Assembly (NCBI GenBank): GCA_904063045.1
Contig: CAJFCJ010000013.1
Coordinates: forward strand, 1-64,000
Length of the DNA: 64,000 nucleotides
Reading direction: 5' to 3'
Source: Dimorphilus gyrociliatus
Lineage: Eukaryota > Animalia > Annelida
Each line of letters starts with the position of its first letter. Within the stretch, counting starts at the first letter, position 1. Both the position numbers and the translations under genes were made by a program. Shown here piece after piece: positions 40,886 to 51,275 of this stretch. The notes beneath the pieces were generated by a model. The model saw nothing but the letters and a program-made list of their open reading frames with translations, did not search any database and was not told where the DNA came from.

Positions 40886-41317
40886 TTAGATTTCCTTAGA
40901 TCGGAGATATTCCAAGTCTTCATTTATCTGCTGACACATCTCATCCGTAAGGCTGGAACAAATGCAGTCATAATTATCTGGTAGGGTATTATAGGGTGGT
41001 TCTGATGAACTTTTCAGTGACCAAAGTATTTGAATAACAATCCATTTTCTATTCAGTTCGGATAAAGATATTCCATCGGAAAAAGTAACAAAGTCTTCTA
41101 GGTCGTCTGGCGGCATCAGAAGATTATCCAAGTCTATAGGAAACAATTCAAAATGAAATATAAGAACATCTTCATTGGAGAATAGTAAATCTATGAACTC
41201 CTGCTCATCGTCAAGGCAGTCCAAAAGTGGAAAGAATTCTAAGATTTTATTGTCCATTATCTCTAAACGGTCATCGGCCATTTCACTAACGTTGAATCTA
41301 TCAAAGTTCGAGCTCAT
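40886..41317 (-). CDS. Orphan, strongly acidic single-exon protein (143 aa from ATG 41317)
   Basis: Uninterrupted ORF in AT-rich surroundings; 33 D/E versus 8 K/R by hand count. Confidence 0.55.
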   Translation of the reverse strand: MSSNFDRFNVSEMADDRLEIMDNKILEFFPLLDCLDDEQEFIDLLFSNEDVLIFHFELFPIDLDNLLMPPDDLEDFVTFSDGISLSELNRKWIVIQILWSLKSSSEPPYNTLPDNYDCICSSLTDEMCQQINEDLEYLRSKEI

Positions 41318-42496
41318 CTTTACTTTTCGGCCCAATATATAGAGACTGCTAATGCTCACAAAAGAATGATAAAAAAAAACCCAGACTAAAAAATGAACAA
41401 TGATCAAGTCCGTCCAGACAAAAAAAACTTAAATAGAAGCAAAAAACCAGGTTTGCTTCTACTTGTGGTATTTTTTTAGTACTTTTTCTATTTTAATCCC
41501 TTAGCTGACTCGAAAATAAAACATCATACAACATTTATATTTTATATACCGTTTTATTTTAAATCTTTCTCTTGTTCTTTTATATTATTTTGCTTAAAGT
41601 CTATAATCTAATGCTTTTAATTAGCATTGTTATAATTATTTATGAATTCTTTTTATTATAGGTGGCAAAAAACTAGGCAATTTTTTTACTACTAATAATA
41701 ACAATAATAATAATAATAATAGCAATAAACAAAAAATGATAATTTAAACCCATTTAAAAGACATTTTTATTTTATTTTTTGCAGAAAAGTAAGGTAAAGT
41801 CAGTATTGAAAGTATGAAAATGTAAATAAGCTAAAAATATAAAGAAAAATCATTTATACGTTAGAATAATTTTTTAAGAACATTTTAGCCGCTTTTTTTC
41901 TCTCTCAAAAGCTTTATAAAAACTTGAAAATTTTTTTTACCAATCGATAACTTTCGAATAAATCTTCAATTTTTTCTAGTTAATTTTAAGGCGTTTTTAA
42001 TTATTAAAAATTTGGATATTTCCCTCTAATATTCTTTTTCGAACACCGGAACTAGAATATAGTATTAATGTTTGACGGTGTGTGATGATTTTTAAGGAAT
42101 CGCTAAATTATGACACTATGACGTAATTAATCTATTGTTTTACGATTACTTTCTTAAAATCTCAAAAAAAAATAAAATGGCGGAATTTACAACCAAGATG
42201 GTTAGTTAGAAATACCCAGTTAATGCTATCAAGAGTAAATTAGTATAGAAAAGGAATTGCAAAAAGAGATTAAATCTCGATTAATGACTATTGAGCGAAA
42301 ATGCAAAGTGTATGCATAATTAATGGTAAGTCTAAGTAATATGCATTTATTATTAGAAACTTTAGTATTTTTCAAAATAACAGAATGATAAAAGAAATAA
42401 GCAACAAAATGTAAAAAGAACTATCATTTTGGTGATGAAGAAAGAGACAATGAGAGAACTCGTTAAGTATGCAAATTATTCTTTTGACTGAAATTA

Positions 42497-43130
42497 TTAA
42501 CATCGGCATTCTTCGGTTAATTTGTGAAATGAGTCTACTTGTTCTATATGAATAGTTGTATTAATTCTAAAGTTGTTTTCAAACCCGAAAACATTTCTTT
42601 GTTTGAAGTAATCAAAGCTCAAACAACAAGAGACTTACCTATTGAAAAAATTCTTGTTACATAAATGATGACTTTATCGAAGGACTACACCTATCATTCC
42701 CATCGGAGGGTAAATGTTATAATGCCGCTAATTTATCACCTATTAGTATCGTATTGAATGTAACAAGAATTTCCTAGCAACCAGTGATCAATCATTTTTT
42801 CTTTTTTTTTTTGTAGCTTTATATTAATTATTATTTGTTCTTTCCAGTCATTTGTACGTATTTATTTTTCTGAATATCAAAATATCTGTCTATCTAAAAT
42901 TTTTAACCTCGTTAAAATCGAATTTCAACTGTAAAAATTAAGAGACGCCTATTGGCTACCAATGTATTAAATATTCTAAGCAGACTTCAATAGAAAGCTA
43001 GCGTGCTCTTCGCTTAGCGGCTGGTTTTATACCAATCACGGCGCTTTATTCGGCCATCCAATGAAATACCATCCTCGTTTATTCGAAAGTGATTAAACGT
43101 TTTCATGTTCGAAATTTGTGAAAATGACAT
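42497..43130 (-). pseudogene. Pseudogene of the KH-like family (47632/36763 subfamily)
   Basis: INEDG..IKRRDWYK ~ IEPDG..LKRNDWFR; after a frameshift PLSEEHASFL; then IYPPMGMIGVVL ~ YYLPMGTLDAVM and VFGFENN..IHIEQV ~ LFGHKHN..SHIEGI. Several in-frame stops. Confidence 0.65.
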
Positions 43131-43587
43131 ATTTTTTTTCTCTATAATAGAGTTAAAATTCCCTCTAGCTATAGTTATCCATTTTAGTAGATATTTAAAC
43201 AATTTATCGTAGCCATCTCAAGGTAACTAAAGCTTTTTTTGCACTCGAAAGTAACAGTTTCTTCCTTTGATCCTCCCTCACACTTTTTTTTCGTTTACAT
43301 CTTTAATCAATTTATATAGTGCAAACACTCAAATAATCTACTGTATATCAAAAGCAATGCTGTATAAAGTGTTTTCGATTACCTTAGTAAAATGTTTATT
43401 AGGTAAACTTTTAGAATACTAATACTTTAATTTACTCTAATGACAACAGTAAAATTATAATAAAAAGACTAAAGTTTACTTTAAAAGACTACTAAGTTTA
43501 TCTAAAGACGAAAATACAAAAATAGAGAAACCGAATTTTTTAATGAGTGATATATTTGAACATCGGGATCCCTGATAAGTAGAACAA

Positions 43588-44517
43588 TTAAGACTGAAGT
43601 TGCTCGCTCGCTTCAATGAGTCTTCTACCTCTCTCTAAGCATTCCAAAATTTTTATGCGAAGTAGCCTCCTCTCTCTAGATTTCAACCATTTTTTAAGCT
43701 TTTTTCTCTTGAGGAGCCGACGACTTTTTCTAACTGGGCGGTATTTGCTCATATCTTGATTGATTTCCTCAAGAAAATCATCATCCGAGTCCGAGAGTAG
43801 ATGAAGATTCTGTAAATGGATGGTTAACTAATAATTTACACTAAAAAAAAAATACAACCTGTACTGAATACTCTTCAGCGTGATCTTTAAGAAGATGTAC
43901 GATTTTTTCATTTAGAAAATTAGTAAAATCATGAATGCTCGTTGTTCGAACAGACTTCATACTGTCGAAAATCTGTGCAATGTAACAAACTTCGATTAGA
44001 ATCTTACATAATATTGCCCTAGGAACGGAAGGTGTCGTCATATCGGCAAAGGATTTAAGTAAGACCGATATTTCATCAAAGTAAATGGCGGAACTTTACC
44101 GCTGTTTCGTGATGAAGTATTAAAAGGACGACGCCCCGAAATTGTATAGTAATTTAACTGCTAAAAAAAGGTTAATTAAGGAATGTAACCATTTTATAGG
44201 TTCCAGTTTCCGATTTTTTATGGCTAATAGCCAGATGAAACAGAAATCGTAACGCTTATAAAAAATTATTATAAAAAATTGTAAATTATCAAAGTAATTA
44301 AAAAGTATACACTTCTTTACAGATGTTTGATTTATAATTACCCCTTCATTTTCTAGTTCTCGGATGGTTTGATTACTAATTCCGATTGATCTCGAAAAAG
44401 AATATAGAGATGATCTTTGAGCATCTAACATGAAATAAAAAAGAGATTTATGTGTTTAAGTTCTTGTGTTTTTCCTAACTTACCCAACGATTCCTTGTCC
44501 GTATTCGTTGTATTCAT
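43588..44517 (-). CDS. SAM-like domain + acidic + basic tail protein, paralog 2; exons 44517-44484, 44424-44342, 43972-43859, 43809-43588, 150 aa
   Basis: In-frame GT-AG splicing; SLYSFSRSIGISNQTIRELENEG|IFDSMKSVRTTSIHDF; tail LLSDSDDD..LKRKKLKKWLKSRERRLLR. Confidence 0.78.
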
Positions 44518-46358
44518 TTTGCAAATTTATCTTTATTAAAAGCAGTATGAATTGAGTTTTCGATAGCGAAATCCTTTCTATTCCTGATATTGAATAAGAA
44601 TGCTATTAAATGTAATAATTAAAGCGCCAGATGTATAAAGCTCTGCGATTGGTAGAAGCAAGCGACTTATTAATATTCATAAAGTAGACGACTAAGCTAA
44701 TTGAAAATAGTTACTAATTTGTAGCCTTGGCAACAAGCCTCTGCTTTGTGTTAGAAGCAAAGATTTCATATATTATATAGTGTTAAATTTAGTTTAGTGC
44801 TCTTTCTAGTGTAGTTTTTCTGAGAATCATAATGTAAATATTGCCAAAAAGAGCATACACGATAGTTTGGTCAAAGCTTAAAATGGAAAGTCTCAAACAG
44901 AACAGGTGTCGATTATTGCTTGGACGTTAATAGGATTAACTGGTACAACTAATCGATCATTTTATCTTCAATATGTTCACATTAGAAGAATACTTCTGGC
45001 AGATATTGCAGAATAGCTTTCCCATATTTTTTTGACTTTGGGTAGTACTGTCATTTAAAGAAAAAAACAATAGAAACGTAAATGGTTGGGACCATCTAAA
45101 ATAAGAAAGTAAAAAAAAAAATATCTAATATAAAGTATATCTAACATTTTTAATTCTATATAAACAATTATTTTATAATGAAATAAAATCACGTTGGGAG
45201 ATAACTCAATTTCTATGTACAGTTGATATGTTTTAGTTAAAAGAAACACTTAAAAAATTTTAATTTAAATATACAGAGTAATGTTTAGTCTGTTCGGCAA
45301 TAGTAGTTAATGTATATTTATTGCTTAAGATATTTGATGCTACTCAACGAATTAAGTATATGTTATGAATAAAGATCAAATTGTTTTCAATATTATAGTT
45401 GTTCTATGAATAAAGAAATAAATTCATAATAAAATTAACATGCTGTATAAATTATATAGTATATTGAATGTACGAATTCACTATATAAAGCTACATAGCC
45501 TTTAAACCTAACTGAATATTTTATCTATGATGGCGTTCGGATTCTATTCGTAGACAGAAATTCTTGCTTTGATTCTAAAATTCCCCTGTGGGAGTGACTT
45601 TCCACCTCTTTAGCCTTTTCATAACAATCAAAAAAAGTTAAAAAGTTGTGGTGAAAATAAACAAAATTTTACGCCTGAGTATCTGGATATAGAAGTATCG
45701 AAATCTTTCTCCTTGAAGTTACCTTTATAACCTACTCCTTCTTTTAAGATTTTAAACGTTTATTTATTATTTTTAAAAATTAAAATAAAAACAATAAGCA
45801 AGATAGAAATAAAAATTAATTTTAAAAAAAATTTTTAAATAATGGACGTTATATTTTTTTGTTGTCCCACACTTTTGCTTAAACTTTTCTTATTATCCTA
45901 TTTTGTGTTGTTTTAGATGTTCTAAAGATACTTGGAATGTATTATATTGTGTATAAAGTATATGCCATTTATTACCTGCATCATAAAAGAATCTACTAAA
46001 TAAAAATATATTTACCTACTCTACAAAATCTAGAGATATCCAAAACCTAAATGAGCATTGATAGTCGTAGAATCAAAGCCAACTAATACGAAATACAAGA
46101 TCTTTTTTAATAGCAAAAGAGTTTATTTAGAATAATAAGAAAAGTATCACAGGAAATAATTATCAAAGCATTGTTTAAATGAGAAATATTTAATTAAATA
46201 ATTGAAAGATTTATGCCAACCCCATTCTGAAATTAAGTAATTAATATGTTCATTAAACGCAAAACATTTGAAGAAAAACGGTTATAGCCTGTTAGATTGT
46301 AATTTTCAATTCAATTCCACCATTAAGTTCCACGAGAAAATCCAAAGTTGAGAATTTC

Positions 46359-47632
46359 CTACTTGCGATGTTGATATTGACGTTGAACACGCTGTTGTTG
46401 TTTTATTTGTGGTTGCTGTTTTTGCTGTTGTTGTATTTGCGGTTGCTGTTGCTGTTGTTGAAGGTGCAATTGCGATTGCGGATGAGCTATACAAAATTGT
46501 TGCTGATGCAAAAATTGATGATGCTGATGCCATTGGACTTGTTGAATTTGCATCGCCTGAAGTTGTTGCGGTTGTAGCTGAATTTGTGGATATTGCTGTG
46601 GTTGTAGCTGACCTTGTTGAATTTGTTGCATTTGCTGTTGTTGCATTTGCTGTTGCTGCATTTGCTGTTGTTGCATTTGCTGTTGTTGCATTTGCTGTTG
46701 CTGCATTTGCTGTTGTTGAATTTGCTGTTGTTGCAATTTCTGCTGTTGCAGTTGAATGTGTTGCTGTTTTATTTGTTCACGCTGTTGCTGCTGATGCTGT
46801 AACTGCTGACGATATTGCTGTTGTTGTTGCAGCAGCTGACGTAACAATTGCTGTTGCTCTTGCAGTTGCAAGCGTTGCTTCTCTTGTTGATCCTGTTCAG
46901 ATTGTTGTGGCTGTTGCTGTTGCTGATTTCCCTGTTGGTTTTGCTTTAATTGTTGTAAACGCTGTTCATATTGTTGTTGTTGCTGCAATTGGCGTATTTC
47001 AAGCTTATTTTGATATAGATATTGGTGCTGGTTTGCATAGCTAAATCTGATCTTGTTGTTCTTTTTCCTCAGAAGTTCGCAAATGATTCCTTCAATATGA
47101 GAGATTGCTTTTTTAATGTTGTGTTTGTGTCCAAATAGAATTACTCGATTAGAATTTAGCATATGAGCCAATCTTATCGATACATGAAACTTATAGTTTA
47201 TATAAGTGACGTCTGACATAACAGCATCTAGCGTACCCATTGGCAGATAATAAGTTGTTTCGATTCTCTCGTCGGCAAAACATAGAACCAAATGTTGTAT
47301 GTACTGTTCAAATTCAGGTATCAAAAATCTTGGACAGTAGCCACCAATCCAAACCAGTCCATGAGCTTGGTAAGTAGATATTTTCATACTTCGTAAAGCT
47401 TCTAGAACTTCGAATGGTAAATCTTCGGCTGAAATTCATTAAATAGTACTACGAAGAATAAAATATTTAGTTACGTTTACTTACGATAACTTGTATAAGG
47501 AACAGACCATGCGAAGTGACAATAATCGGCATAGTCTAGAGTAGGAACGGGAACACGATGAAATCTGAACCAATCATTTCGCTTAAGTTTAGTAATACTT
47601 CCATCGGGTTCTATGTACCAAAAATATTCCAT
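46359..47632 (-). CDS. Degenerate tandem-KH-like family member 9 with a long polyQ C-terminus, exons 47632-47485 and 47428-46359, 405 aa
   Basis: RVPVPTLDYADYC..+ phase-1 intron (gtaagt); KH-like core paralogous to the 36763 gene; ~230-aa Q-rich tail. Confidence 0.8.
46620..46740 (-). repeat. Coding 15-bp tandem repeat (MQQQQ units) inside the polyQ tract
   Basis: Repeated TTTGCTGTTGTTGCA-type units on the plus strand. Confidence 0.9.
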
Positions 47633-50006
47633 TTTAAGTAGTTCAAGTAGATTAATGTAGATAAATCAGCGAAAGTCGATAATTTGTCTTTTTGAGCAGA
47701 GCTCCTTTCCTCCAAGACCAAGTTTAATTTCTGACAAGAAACGCCCAGTTTAAATACTTTTCCGAAGTAAAAAAATATACTCAAAGTAGGCTGATTGGCA
47801 TTAATGAGAAATCTTTCAAAAAGATATTGAACTTAGGATAATAACGATAAAAATTATGTCAGAAGAACCGCTTTTTCTCAACTAAGACATGGGGGGTTTT
47901 CTTGTTCTTCTAAAACTATTAAATTATGAAATATTTCATATTTTTAAATTATATATACTACTCATTCAAGCCTATGGAAACTCTCATTAACTTAAAAACA
48001 ACCAATTAAACATTCTCAAAAGTTGTTTTTATGTAATTTTATTAGTGAGAGTTTTATTAATAATCTTACGTGTTCGCTTAAGTTTAACTGAAAATCTCAG
48101 GCCTATAGTTGAGATGATCTGATTTTATGAGATAGGGCAGCGAATGGGAAATAGATAAATGATAAATGATTTATAATTTAAAATTTCTTAAGTAGTGTTA
48201 TTTTGAAAAAAGAAATTAGAAAACTTTTAAATTAAAGATATTCATTGAGTAGTTTTATGATTATTTTTATATATTGTAAAATATATTTTTATTAATAAAG
48301 ATTCTATTTTCTTATAAATGTCAGACATAGAGATGATAATATCTTTTTCCCCATAATGAATTAGTCATTATAAAGAAGATTAGATAGTAATTTATCAATT
48401 AGATATGTGAATAATGGGTAAAATATCATTCTCGAATTTCCTTTTCATTAACGGATAAAGTAGATTTAGTTTAGAGAAACCCCTAAGTCTAATTGATGGT
48501 CAATAATTCTTATAATGCAGCTTTGCTGATAATAATTTTTTATTTAAAAGTGGACCTATATTTCTTCAGCTGATTCTTTTTTTTTTATTACTATACATAA
48601 TACTTTATAATTATTATTATTAATTGCTGAGTTACTTTCGTACATATATCAAATAATTTATTACTTATTTATTCACCAAATTAAATAGTTTTCCGTTAAG
48701 TTTGTACTGCTTATTTACTCAATCATGAGTTTTTCTTATACTGTTTACGTTCTTATTTAATCAAAAAATATGACAAACTAACTAAATTTTCTACTTAAAA
48801 TGCTTATGAATGCGAGATGATTTTTCCTATTTTCTATTAAACAATCTCTCTCTCTTCTGTCTTTTTTTAGTTATTTTAATAGATGTATATAATGAACATA
48901 AAAAAGCAGCCATCTTGCTCGCCGTTTTTAAAAACTACTCGACTTTCAAGCAACGACTCAATTCAATTAATGAAAAACAAAAAGATGTAATAAAAAAACG
49001 GTTTGTATTCTTTTCCTATAAAGGTGTTAATAAATATAAAATAATCTATAGATTATATATTTAATCAAGCGATATTGAAAACATGTCTATAAGCTACTGC
49101 CATCTATCGGTTCTGATCGTTTGATGAAAAAAAAACCATTTTCATTGATGTCCAATATAAGATAAAGAAACTTAATATTTCGACGATAATATCATATTAG
49201 CATATTATTAATTTATTATTCCATTATATACATATATATATATATATATATAAGATTAAGGAAGAGGATAAAAACAGATCTTGAAAATTCGAAAGGATGT
49301 AAAGTGTTTCTCCCTTTTTTTTCTTTCTTTTTTTTTTACATAATTCCACCAATTCATTATTAAATAAAATTTCTAATATCCAACTATTCGATTAATCTAA
49401 ATAATGAATTTTATAAGTAATTTCCTGTCCTGTTTCATTGACATCAAATTTCTCACAACGCCTAGATATAAATTATCCTATTGTATTTTTTTTGTGATTT
49501 TACTAAGATTGGCTTTATCAAAGTTTCCCGTTAATCGACTTTCCCTTTTCTTAGAATTGAGGGTATCCTAGAATAATATAGCTGAATAAGTTGATTTTTT
49601 TTTCGTAAGACTCTTTTCAACGTGTTTTGAATTGTTTATTTTCGGAGTGAGACTGAAGGTCGATGTATCAATACTTTTAGACATCTTTTTTATTAAATAT
49701 ATACAGTATAAATATATATATTATATGATAAATGCGGTACAGTATTATATATATGAGATATTTTATATCGTTCTGCTTAAACAAAACCAATTCATTTTCT
49801 AACTTATTTATGCAGAAGTATAAAAAGGCACCAGTTTGTTTTTTTAAGAAAATAAGGGACTTCCTCCCTAAAAATAAGACAACAACCTAGAGCAAAATAA
49901 TAATAAAAAAAACAGATATGATATCAAGTGCTTTTCCAATAAAAAGCCATGTTTTAACTTTTTAACCCAATCCTGTCAAAAAAAAATGCTGTATAGAGTA
50001 GTTTTC

Positions 50007-51152
50007 TTATTGAGTCTTCTTATCGAATTTTTCAGTTTCTTTCAAGCTCTGTTCGATAACAATTTCTGCTTGGGAATCAATGACGCTTAAAGCTATACCC
50101 AACTGGGCTATGTAATAGGTTGCCATTATTAATTGATGGGCGTAGGGAACTGGAATTCGGAATTTATCGATACACAATATATAATCAGATATGACAAAAA
50201 AGATAGCGCCACCACAGCTGCATAATTTGGTCCAAGTCCAGAGGTCGTTGAAGAGTTGAACTCTAGCTATTGCCCGCCAGAGCATACAACCGATTAAGAT
50301 ACAGTAAACTATTCCTATAGGTAGCATTGTACCCTGGAGAAAAAAGATCAATATTATATATAGTAGAAGAGATAAGTTTGCCAAAGTATCTTACATTTAA
50401 GCCTGGCAAAAGGAAAAGAAACATAATTGAGAAGAGGACGGTACAAAAAATTCCATGCTTAATTTTTAGATCGTAGAAGCCGAATGCAGTGGCATATAGG
50501 AATTGAGCCAAGGCAAACATAACCACTCCGTGAATAAAATAACTGCTCTTCCAAACCAAGAGAGCGTCACCAAGAGCTGAGAAGATTAATCCAATCAGAA
50601 TTCTCCTTGAATAAACATAAGCTTCCGAAAAGTTCATTCCATGAAGTAGGACAAAAATCATTAAAGAGATTATTGGTAGAATTTTGACAATACAATAGAA
50701 AACCGAATCCAAGTGAGGTTCATTTCCATAAAGTACAAAAAATATTGTAACCGTTTTAAAGAAGGGTACTAATTTAGGTCCAACGCTCTTTAGCTGTAAA
50801 GTAGAAAAGAAAAATAACAATAACATTAATTAATACGCTTTAGAAAAAGAATAAAAAACGGTGGTTAATCTTTAAATTGGGAAGAAAAATATGAACATAA
50901 CCCTGTTTATCTTTTGCATTTTAATATAACAATAATTTTTAACAGTTTCAGCTCTCTGAATTCTTTTCAAAAGAAAAAAAACCACATATGCGCCGGTAGA
51001 ATTTATACATGTGTTCACTATTCAAATTTCGATTAATGCTTTAAATTCACTCCAATAAAATTGGGTTAATCACGATAACAAAATTTTATTTCCTGTTTTA
51101 TACTTACTACAGCTGAAGGTTTCAAAGGTGGTAAAGGCTTTGTAGTCGCCAT
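50007..51152 (-). CDS. TMEM86: Lysoplasmalogenase TMEM86/YhhN family, copy B, 3 exons (51152-51108, 50793-50395, 50333-50007), 256 aa
   Basis: Same motifs and intron positions as copy A; roughly 80-85% amino-acid identity by eye. Confidence 0.93.
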
Positions 51153-51221
51153 GAATTGTTTTTTTTTAAATTTTGGATACTGATCGTAGTTTTTTTGTAT
51201 TTTATGAGTTTTGAATTGTTA

Positions 51222-51275
51222 TGACGTCAACAGCGTGTGTTGTAGTATAAAGTAAAGTGTATGAGGTGATTGGCT
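51222..51275 (-). promoter_or_regulatory. CCAAT box (AGCCAATCAC, 51275-51266) + CRE (TGACGTCA, 51229-51222) upstream of TMEM86 copy B
   Basis: Identical 10-mer and 8-mer to the copy A upstream region, while the flanks are unalignable by eye. Confidence 0.65.

Noticed and set aside
46306-47044. A/V-rich and L-rich ORFs (46409-47044 +, 46368-46577 +, 46614-46802 +, 46306-46533 -)
   Set aside because: Antisense or alternate-frame shadows of the CAA/CAG polyQ repeat of the minus-strand gene
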